Translations under genes and position numbers: made by a program | NCBI GenBank assembly: GCA_009859145.1 | Contig: VRVR01000050.1 | Coordinates: 62,001 to 126,000 of the forward strand | Source of the DNA: Andalucia godoyi And28 | Lineage: Eukaryota > Protista > Jakobida | Reading direction: 5' to 3' | Length of the DNA stretch: 64,000 nt | The notes under the pieces: generated by a model | What the model was told of the DNA's origin: nothing | The model's database searches: none | What the model saw: only the letters and a program-made list of their open reading frames with translations | In this document: positions 43,187-52,464 of the stretch, in pieces | Layout: every line of letters starts with the position of its first letter | Position numbering within the stretch: the first letter of the stretch is position 1

Positions 43187-43449
43187 CCCCCACTTTTCAC
43201 ACACACCAAAGATAAATTAAAACAAACTAAGATCCAATTACCTTTTTTTTTTAATTAACTTTTTTAATCAAAAAACAGAAAGAAAACCCAACAAATAACC
43301 AAATTTCAAAATCGAGTTTTGGTACTAAAAAGCCTAGCGAGAAAGTTCAAGTGTCTATGCTCGGATTACCCCCGACTGCCCCGAATTGCCGGCAGATAGG
43401 ATACTGTAATTGGGTTTTCATATCCACGTATCGCTTTTCTCTTCTGATC

Positions 43450-43990
43450 TATCACATAACATTGTACACTGAGCATACATCGCCACCGCCGACGATGCAT
43501 AATCCAAGATGCTGCAGTACCGGGAACGGGGAGGTTGAAGAGAACCCAGCACGCGGCGTAGACATGTGAAGAAGGTCTTGTCTTCAACGAACGGACGGGG
43601 TGAATCATGCCATCACCACAGCCCGTATGTCTTGGACGTGTGTTCTTCCGTGTCGATCGCGACCTGACCTGACCTGACGCGGCCTGGCAGTCCCTGAACT
43701 CTTGTGCGCTGTGCAACAATTGCTGTGGGATCCGCCGCTTGCCCTTCAAAACCATCCCAGACACCTGCTTCTTGGTGGGTCGATTAGATTCTTGCGTACA
43801 ACACGACTGGTTTCGCTATCTCGATCTCGACGGGTGGGGGGCTTTCCCAACGACCTTTTCGATGCGCCTCGATGTTGAATATGCGGTGCGATGTGGTGCG
43901 GCCGCTTCTGATCTCCCTGAAGCGACCCACTGCCCCACCGTCGCAGGAAGGCGTCACACACATCGGGATTCCATGTGGTGCAAAACAAAA
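43450..43990 (-). mobile_element. Second IS607-type TnpA/Fanzor2 relic (copy B), more degraded
   Basis: Minus strand: MCVTP / FLRRWGSG / SHRIFNIE (HTH); KPVVLYARI*STHQE (YARVS catalytic motif, stop at 43784-86 where Ser is expected); AIDTEEHTSKTYGL (cf. Fanzor EEYTSKTCG-x-CG); KTFFTC; then a 3' tail homologous to copy A. Confidence 0.75.
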
Positions 43991-44335
43991 AACCAAAAGA
44001 AATAGAAATAGAGCAATGCGTCGCATGAAAAATAAACTACAACAAACTACCACAAAAACATTGCTGGTGTTTGGGTGCTTTGCAAACGATGAGCATCCGG
44101 AAACACAATCAGTTCTCTTTGCCATTCTGTGGACATTGACGGATTACGATGCTCATTTTCGTCTAAGCAGCATTTTCGTTCCTCCGATTTGCCAATTGAT
44201 TTTGTTTTAATAATTCACTCTCTGCCAAACTGTACAATCGCGAAAGACACGCAGAAGAGCGGTTTCAAAGTCAGGAGACTTTGACTTATTTATCTGATAA
44301 GTGGCAAAGGGTAAAGAGACGGGAGGGACGGAAGA

Positions 44336-44741
44336 ATGAGCCATGCAAAGTTTGTGAAGCAGCTTATCAAGTCTGTGGTCAAGGACAACACAGAGAGTCC
44401 CAGTCCGTCGGATGAAGCGGTCCGGATGCTTGAAAAGTACCTCGCGGGCGACCAGACGGTTGACTTGGTCTACTCAGAGCTGCTGGAGAGACTGGCTACA
44501 GATCCAGGCTCGAGACTCTTTGCGAGTTCCATTGAGCTTCTCAAGTCTAAAGTCGCAAAATTCACACCCTCCAAGCAAATATGCGAGAAGCTCGTCGAAT
44601 TCTCAAACTCGGTCATCAAAAATCAGGCTCTGGGACACTTGAAACAAACCGCAATGTATATCCTGGCAGTCGCATCGAAGAAGGCGCACCCAGGTCCAGT
44701 GTCGGTACCTGTCTCATCATCATCCTCCTCCTCCTCCTCAT

Positions 44742-44773
<32 letters not shown>

Positions 44774-47761
44774 GCAGGCACAACAGGCGCCGTAACTTCT
44801 CACTCGGTTTCTCCTCCTTCTGCTTTGTCTTCACCGTTGCATTCGCTCGCTCCGATCATCACTCCAGGATCGAACCTCCCTTCCTTGTCTACCCTGTTGC
44901 TGTCCAATATGGCAGCTGGAAATCGAAGCGCGTCGCCATCTTCGCCTTTGACCATGTCATCCGACAGCAGCATTTCTTCGGATTCAAGTAATTCAGAGTC
45001 TCGTTCTCACTCACCGAGTATACTGTCCGTTTCTTCCACCTGCTCTTCTTCTTCGTCGGGGGGTCCACATTCGTTTTCCTCCTTGTCGTCTTCGTCGATG
45101 GATTATTCGGACTACTCGTTTGCACCAGTTGTTGCTGCATCGTCTTTCGCGTCGTTTTCGCTTCCGCATGCAAGTGCGAGTACATCGCCGAACAACAGTG
45201 CTTCAACGAGCAGCAGTGGTGGTGCAAGCAACAATGGATCTCCGAGGCATGGCAGACAGAAGCTGAAAAGACTGACAAGCAGTATTTGTGTGCAACGTTT
45301 GCTCACTGCAGAATCTCTGGGATTGTTCTGGAGAGTTTCGCGAGGACAAAATAACAACGGAACTGAGATGGCAGCACTGGCTTCAGGCTCATTGTTGGAC
45401 ATGCCGTTGTTTGGTGGATATCACAAGTTTCAAAGACCAAAGACGCCAAAGGACGTTTCGGCGATCACTCCACAAACGGTGCAGCAAACGTGCGACATCA
45501 TGGTGCAGTCACCTCCTGCAAATGCAAAGGCGGCTGCATCCGGGTTTAACCCTCTGTTGCCTGTCTCGAAGAACTCGATTCTTGAGTCCTTGGTCCGTCC
45601 TCGTCCCTTTGCTGGAAATCTTCTTTCGCGCGACTCGCTGGCTGCAATCCAAAAGTGGGAACCAAGAAAACTGAAGCTCGTCTTTGATTCGATCTTGGAT
45701 CCCGGTATTTCGGACGAAACCCTGCAAAGGACTCTCGCTATTATTGTTTCTCTGTTGGCTGATATTTATTTGAATTGCAATGCTTCCGCGTGGATCGATG
45801 TTTTGCATTTCCTGTATGAATTTGTCAGTCCATCGATGTTCTCCAGCGATCGGACCGTGAATAAGGAGCTTTCTCTTGTTCGACGACGGGCTTTTGACGT
45901 TCTTCTGAACATCAGCGTTGAATGTCGGCAGCAGCTGATGCTTGAGAATCCGAAGCCGCAGGTTGCGGAGTTGTCAGACGCCATCCAGCAGGACTTGTTC
46001 TTGGTTCTCAACTGCATTTTGCAGCGACTTGTCGAGCGGGAGGAGACATCATCTTCGGTGTGGACGTTTGGCACCCGCTGCATGTTGTACTTTTTGCGGA
46101 CCCCGGATGTTGAAGACAATAATTCACCGGTGAGTGGGACAACGTGGAATCTGGAGAGGCTTTCGTGCATTGATGTTCGGGTGATTGCAAGCTCTCTGGA
46201 ATATTGTGTAGATGTCTATGAGGATTCCCAGGTTGAGCGCATTCTTACGAGAATGCTTGTGCACTTGCTGTATGAAGGAGAGATGAAAGTTTTGAACCGA
46301 AATCGGTGTGCTTCAATTGGAGGCATTCGATTCCTTATCAGCAGATATCTGAATGCCCAATCGCAGGAAGTCGTAGAAAACTTGTTTACCGCCATCGTTG
46401 ACATGCTGACCGACGGCAATCGCCAGTCGGTGATGTTGCTGCGCGTTCTGTGCATGCTAAATGCACACTATGTTTTCAGGCTGCTGTTTTGCTCGTTTCC
46501 GAATCAGTTTGCAGAACAATTTGTGCAATATGTATTCGTACAAAAGTCGTCAAGTGGTCGATCCTCTCCGGCCCCCTCGTCTCCTGTGATAGTGCAGCAA
46601 CATCCAGGGAGTCAGAATCAGTTTGCAAAGGACGGCATGGATAAGAAGGCTGCTGTTCGCTTTCTGTATGAAGCAGAAAGAGTCGCTAGTCACCTGTCGA
46701 TCTCTCCTTCTGCACAGCCCTTATTTGCTGTGCTGAGCATGCTTCGAGACGTGGAATGTGTGTCGCAGTCGGAGGTGTTCCTTGCCAAAGTCCAAATATG
46801 CAATGCAATGCAGTCGGGCGCGTCTGCTCAAAAGATTGGCTTGCATTCGCAGGCTGCAGGCGGGAGTGGAGCAGGAGGCAACAACGTGCAAGGATTTGTG
46901 GAGTCTGATCCCTACAAGACTGTTGCGAACATGCTATGTTCGTCGCCGAACGTTTCTTCTCGTTTGATTTTTCTGCAGATTGTCGAGCGCTTTCTGATTT
47001 GCAAGCGGATGACGATTCCTGCAACGGACGTCTCCGACGCACTGTTCCTGCCGCAGATCTTGTCCGCTTCTCTCCTGACTCTGCTCTCGCGGCACAATGA
47101 GACCAACTTGATTGTTCTAAAGTATGCCTTTGACATGTTGCTTCGATGTTTTGCGTATCCCCCGGTTAATTCGCCCTCGTCGCTGTCTCTCCTGTCATCC
47201 TCTACTGCGGAAATCGACATGCGAGCCTTGGCAAACGTGGATTCTTTTACTCTTCGCGATGACATGGTTGCGCTTGTTCTTGATGGCCGTTTCCGTCTGT
47301 CAGACGTTTTTGTTCGCGAAACCGACATTGAAGTGTTTTACTTGCTTTATCAGAGAATGCGTGCGGCGTTTGAGACTGACACAACGGTTCACAGTGATGC
47401 TACCGGCGACTGCAAACACGTGTTGTGGAACCACGTTCGACTATGTTTTGCTTTGCTTATGGATAAGAGTTCGTCGGATCTTTCTGCTGCGTCAAAATTG
47501 TTCCAGCAGTCCGCAACTGGCGTTAAGAACTCGCACTTTGGCGTTCCCTGGATCGAGGAAATCGTCATGTACGACCACGACCCACTGTTGGTGCTGTATG
47601 CTTCGCGGTTTCTGATGGAGCTCTACAAAAAGAGTGCCCCCGATGTCTACAAGACGCAGTTTGCAAAGGTCTTGTCGATGGCCCAAATGCAAAACGATGT
47701 CCGAGTTCTCAACAACCCGTATCTAATGATGCGCACGATGCTCCAAGGAATGAAGGACTGA
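44336..47761 (+). CDS. Large conserved helical protein resembling the plant At3g12590 family
   Basis: RRRAFDVLLNI, EETSSSVWTFGTRCMLYF, LSCIDVRVI, and C-terminal AQMQNDVRVLNNPYLMMRTMLQ (recalled cf. AQQSNNEKLLENPYLQM). Confidence 0.6.
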
Positions 47762-47931
47762 TCCAATCCAACAGCGTACAATTTTTGATTACAACTATCC
47801 AATTATTATTATTATTATTTCGCTATTTTGAAATTCTTGACACGACAAGAGCACCATCATCCGTTTTGTAAAGCAATTCACGGTTCCTTTTTCTCCTTCT
47901 CCTTTTGCCAAAGCTTGTTTTTGCTTGTTAT

Positions 47932-47995
47932 TGACTGATTGGTTGATTGGTTGATTGGTTGACTGGTTGATTGGTTGACTGGTTGTTGGATTGAT
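47932..47995. repeat. Degenerate 8-mer tandem repeat (TTGA[T/C]TGG)n
   Basis: Visible between two convergent genes. Confidence 0.8.
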
Positions 47996-48015
47996 TTTTT
48001 TCAATCGCTGTTAGG

Positions 48016-48774
48016 TCAGCTCTCCCAGTCAAATGATTCAAACGGCTTTCTGAGATCTCCGGGAGCCGCAGCCCCGTCGGCAATCGCTCGAAAGACGCGG
48101 GATTTTTCCTTGACCTGTTCTGAAAACTGGTCCGAGAACCGCTTCGCAAGCACTCGAGTTCTTTCTGCGACGCTCTGATGCTCAAAACTCAGCGCACTTG
48201 ATTCTTGGAAAAAAATGGCACAACAGACAAGATCGACTCTGGAAGCCGTCACGAAGATCGAGTCGAGCACAGCATTTGACGACGCGCCCTTTCGTTCTGC
48301 CTTCTTCTTGGCTCGCAACGCCTGTGCAGAAGGATTGCCAAGCGGAGCAGCAGGTCCTTCCGACACTTGGATATTAGAATTCGATCCAGTTCCAAGTCCA
48401 TCCGAGGAAGAAAGCGAAGTTGAAGGACTCAGGCCGCCGCGGCTACTCCCGCTATTTCCGTTGATTCCATTGTTGCTCGTCGAGCCGTTGTTTCCAGTAG
48501 TGTTGATAGTCGCGGCACTGGCGGCAGCTGTCGTGGCATTGGTGGCATTGGCGGCGGACATAGAAGATGTCTGGTTCGGCGCCGTCTGTTGCAGTGCTTC
48601 CAATTGAACCGCAAGGACATACCCGTCGTCCACGTCCGACGCAAACTGATGGTAGATCTTCACAAGCTGGCCAAGCGAATCGCCCGGCGTGCTCGATTTC
48701 CACCCAAAATCCTTTTCAAAAAGACAGATTGCATTTGCATTTTCATAAATTACTATCCTTTTCAGCATGTTCAT
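48016..48774 (-). CDS. Small longin-like domain protein with a low-complexity insert
   Basis: MLKRIVIYENANAICLFEKDF...LGQLVKIYHQFA; C-terminal half VCCAIFFQE...VLAKRFSDQF. The longer track ORF includes non-coding-looking upstream sequence. Confidence 0.55.
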   Translation of the reverse strand: MNMLKRIVIYENANAICLFEKDFGWKSSTPGDSLGQLVKIYHQFASDVDDGYVLAVQLEALQQTAPNQTSSMSAANATNATTAAASAATINTTGNNGSTSNNGINGNSGSSRGGLSPSTSLSSSDGLGTGSNSNIQVSEGPAAPLGNPSAQALRAKKKAERKGASSNAVLDSIFVTASRVDLVCCAIFFQESSALSFEHQSVAERTRVLAKRFSDQFSEQVKEKSRVFRAIADGAAAPGDLRKPFESFDWES

Positions 48775-49058
48775 AACCCTCCAAAGAAGAAAACAATAAC
48801 AACAATAACAACAATAACCAGAAAACTTGCAAAAAACAAAAAACAAAAAAACCAAGGCTTCTGATGATATCCGCATGGTGAACACACATCCGAGAAGAGA
48901 CTCTCCAAAATGCCTACCCTCAATTGAGGCGACACTCATGTCTGAACAGGCGAGTCTCAACTGCTGCGAGTTTTCCTTGGCGCCGATTTCTTTTTTGGTG
49001 CAAAGAGCAAGCTTGAAAGGGTGCGTGAGAGTGCGCCAAAGTGGCAGTATCGGCGGTG

Positions 49059-49769
49059 ATGAGTAGCATTGGTGCGGGTCGCGGGCTGTTTGTTGTGCTT
49101 GAGGGAGTTGATCGATGTGGAAAGTCGACGCAAGCGCGGTTGCTGACAAGCAAACTGGCGGAGCTGTTTGGGTCTTCACGTGTGCTGAGCATGAATTTCC
49201 CGAATCGGTCTGCGGCGACGTCCACGACGGGTCCAATGATCCATGCATACTTGTCCTCTGCACAGTGTGAGCTTGAAGACCATGTGATCCATCTGTTGTT
49301 TTCTGCAAATCGCTGGGAACAGGCAGGTGCGATACGGAAACTGCTGGACCAAGGCTCGCACATCGTGTGTGATCGGTATGCATATTCTGGGGTCTGTTTT
49401 TCGGCTGCAAAGGGAATGGATAAGGACTGGTGTATGGCCCCGGATCGAGGACTTCCGAGACCAGACGCGGTCATCTTCCTCAGTCTCAGACCCTCGGATG
49501 CTGGACACCGCGCAGGGTTCGGTGGCGAACGGTATGAAAAGGTTGAGTTTCTCGAACGGGTAGACCGCATGTTCCAATCGTGGTGCGAGGAACATCAAAT
49601 TGAGCAGGGTAGCGGGAGAAGCAGTAGAGGCGATGCTCCGTGGTTCAAGATACCCGCGGATCAGCCGATCGAAATGGTCCATAGTGCCATCTGGCAAATC
49701 GTCGAACAGCTGCTGAAGAAGAGTGAGCGCCGAGAGCTCATGCCCGTCGCCAAACTCTGGATGGACTAG
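49059..49769 (+). CDS. DTYMK: Thymidylate (dTMP) kinase
   Basis: RGLFVVLEGVDRCGKSTQ, HLLFSANRWE, CDRYAYSG, GFGGERYE. Confidence 0.97.
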   Translation: MSSIGAGRGLFVVLEGVDRCGKSTQARLLTSKLAELFGSSRVLSMNFPNRSAATSTTGPMIHAYLSSAQCELEDHVIHLLFSANRWEQAGAIRKLLDQGSHIVCDRYAYSGVCFSAAKGMDKDWCMAPDRGLPRPDAVIFLSLRPSDAGHRAGFGGERYEKVEFLERVDRMFQSWCEEHQIEQGSGRSSRGDAPWFKIPADQPIEMVHSAIWQIVEQLLKKSERRELMPVAKLWMD

Positions 49770-50122
49770 CTTTCATCCTGCTGCCGTTTCGTGTCTTCGT
49801 TCTCTCATCTTCCTCTTCCTGCCGCTCCAAACCAGCAGGAGCACCCCTTCACATATGCTTCACAATCATTGTCATAATCATAATCATAATCATAATGAAA
49901 AGATCATCATCATCATCATGACGTTATTCTCCAATTAGTACCCATACGGACCGTACAACCGGCAGAGCTTGTTTCCTTTGGATATCTCATATCTGCCGGA
50001 CTCTTTGTTGAAATGTCAAAATTCCTAAAGACACTGAAACACTTGGTTATTGTTATTGTTATTATTATATTGTTTCTTCGGAAATCGACTGCACAAAGAT
50101 AGATAGAGAGAGACTGTAAAGA

Positions 50123-51997
50123 ATGGATTTGATTTATTCCGAGTATGGATCTGGGGAGGAGGAAGGTTCTCCTGAGAGTGCACGCTCCGCGACGACGTCC
50201 AAAGAGCTGGCTGTCGTTGAGAACAAAGTTGCGGACCGTCAATCGGGCGTGGTTTCTGCAAGCTCGGATGAAAAGAAGTCGATGTGTGTGTATTCGAGCG
50301 CCGGTGCTTCATCGAGAGACTCGGTTCCAGATGTTGAAAACACAGCAACGATGTACTCGAGTTGCATTGCGAATGTTGTCGTTGACGATCGTTCGTTCAA
50401 TGCGCACATGCGAGCTTTTGAGTCCAGTCGCAAACGATCGACTCTGTTGAATTCTCGACGAAGCATCGAGTCTGCATCTGCCACGAACCCTCGCTCTCAC
50501 ACTCGCTCGGACTTCGAGTCTGACTCTGACTCTGACTCTGACTCTGACTCTGGCTCCGTGTCGTCACCGAGTGTGGCTCGAACCGACGGTCACGGTGATC
50601 GACATAAAGCCAGAAAACAAGGGCAAGGGGAAGGGAAAGGGGAAAGGGAAGTGCACAACAAGGCAAAGAAGAAGAATGTCGACAAGACGGTGCAGTCAGT
50701 GTCGTCCAGGTTGTTTGTTCCGTCGACTCGAGACTATCTTGGAATGTCGTATCTTGTTCCTCCAAGTTCGCTGGTTTCGTCTGCGACTCCTTCCTCGAAA
50801 TGGTGTTTTCTTCCGAAACGACCGCTGCAGTCGCTCGAAGGCCATTCCAGAGGAGTGAATGTGGCGTTGTTCTTTCCTGGTGCCGGTCATCTACTGCTCA
50901 GTGCATCCATGGACAGGTCGGTTCGGCTATGGGACACCCGCGGATTCTTATCTTCGCAGTCGTTCTTTTCGTCTGACAATGCAAATCACCACTGTTTGCG
51001 CTCGTTTCGTGGTCATGGACTTGGCGTCCGAGATGTTTGTTGGATGGGAGCCAACCCGTCCGCTCTGTCTGCACAGGCCGCATCCGCATCCGCATCGGTG
51101 CGCTTTGCTTCGTGCGGATATGATCGCAGAATATGCATTTGGGATCCGGAATCGGGAAGTCTTGTGGATGAAATCGACATGCGCGGCTCGAGAAGGCGCG
51201 CGCATGCGGATTCACAGCCGATCCAGCACCCGAATGCAGCCACAAGCGTGACTGGATTGGAACCGCAGCTGCCCGCTGCTGCGTCTTCGCGAAACTCGTC
51301 GATTCGCCAACATAGAGACACGCCTCTTTGTATGATTTCTCCGTGGTCGGAACCGTCGACCCTGCTGGTAGGTACTATGAATCGAAACATTATACAGTAT
51401 GATCTGCGGATCTCGCCGTCGGATCACGATCGAATGGTCTGCACGTACTCGGAGCATGCGGGGGCGGTGAATTCCATTGCCTTCGCCAACGCTGCACAGA
51501 CAATCTTCGTTTCATGTTCGGACGATAAGCATATCCGAGTATGGGAAAGAGGTGTTCCAACAACGATTCGACATATTGCAGAACCTTGGATGCAGACGAT
51601 GCCGTGTGTCGTTTCTCATCCTCGGAACGAACATCTCTTGGTTCAAAGTGCCGATAACTCAATATACGTACTGGATGTGATGGCGCATCTTGCCTCGGAT
51701 GCCTCCGATGATGCTCTGGGCACACTGTCGGACAAGGTTCGGCTGAACCGAAAGAAGCTGTTTCGAGGACATGATGTATCTGGTTTTGCTTGTCGTCCGT
51801 GTTTTTCGCCTGATGGGCAGTACGTCTGTTCTGGAGATTCACGCGGAGTCCTGACGATCTGGGAATTTTCATCCACTCGCATTGTTGCGAAGTTAAAGGC
51901 TCACGGGAAACCGCTCATGTGCGTAGACTGGAATCCAAGAGCTACCAGCCAGGTGGTGACGGCGGGATGGGATAATTTGATCAAGTACTGGGACTGA
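50123..51997 (+). CDS. CDC40: Pre-mRNA-processing factor 17 (WD40)
   Basis: CFLPKR...GHSRGV...LLLSASMD, YSEHAGAVNSI, SCSDDK, NRKKLFRGHDVSGFAC...FSPDGQY, VVTAGWDNLIKYWD. Confidence 0.93.
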   Translation: MDLIYSEYGSGEEEGSPESARSATTSKELAVVENKVADRQSGVVSASSDEKKSMCVYSSAGASSRDSVPDVENTATMYSSCIANVVVDDRSFNAHMRAFESSRKRSTLLNSRRSIESASATNPRSHTRSDFESDSDSDSDSDSGSVSSPSVARTDGHGDRHKARKQGQGEGKGEREVHNKAKKKNVDKTVQSVSSRLFVPSTRDYLGMSYLVPPSSLVSSATPSSKWCFLPKRPLQSLEGHSRGVNVALFFPGAGHLLLSASMDRSVRLWDTRGFLSSQSFFSSDNANHHCLRSFRGHGLGVRDVCWMGANPSALSAQAASASASVRFASCGYDRRICIWDPESGSLVDEIDMRGSRRRAHADSQPIQHPNAATSVTGLEPQLPAAASSRNSSIRQHRDTPLCMISPWSEPSTLLVGTMNRNIIQYDLRISPSDHDRMVCTYSEHAGAVNSIAFANAAQTIFVSCSDDKHIRVWERGVPTTIRHIAEPWMQTMPCVVSHPRNEHLLVQSADNSIYVLDVMAHLASDASDDALGTLSDKVRLNRKKLFRGHDVSGFACRPCFSPDGQYVCSGDSRGVLTIWEFSSTRIVAKLKAHGKPLMCVDWNPRATSQVVTAGWDNLIKYWD

Positions 51998-52464
51998 TAC
52001 CTTAAATTCACACTGATAATTGAGCTTCGATGACAGAGACGGTGATCTGCTTATGCCTTCCTCGCTTTGTGCTTTCAACCTACTCATTCCGACGCACGCT
52101 GACGTACGAAACAAAAATCACCCCAGTTCGAAAGTAGTGCGCCACGGAACAAAGCAGAGAGCTGGTTCGGTCCACTCCATTTATTATAATTTCTTTGAAT
52201 TCTTCTTCTTCTTCTTCTTTTCAAAAGAGTCACAAGCATGCTGTCCGTCTTTGATTTCTCGGGGTGGGGGAAGCAAATACAGCCTTCAGATCCAAAAAGC
52301 TGCAATCCTCAACAGCGATCTCGAAACTTACTGATTCCAAATACGAAAATTGTGCAAAAGCAATAAATTGAGCTGTGCTCGCAGATTATTATTTTTTTTA
52401 ATTGCGAAAACATGAAATCAAAATATGAAGGGGGGGAAAAACAAGCCAGGGCGACAATCCCCCT

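Noticed and set aside
40369-43990. Composite transposon carrying PSMG2
   Set aside because: The two copies are diverged and differently deleted, and both outward-facing ends are left ends; no evidence of joint mobility.
48775-49410. N-terminal extension of the 464-aa ORF; similar TTG/GTG-started extensions elsewhere
   Set aside because: It runs through T-rich UTR and antisense to dTMP kinase; eukaryotic ATG starts were used instead.
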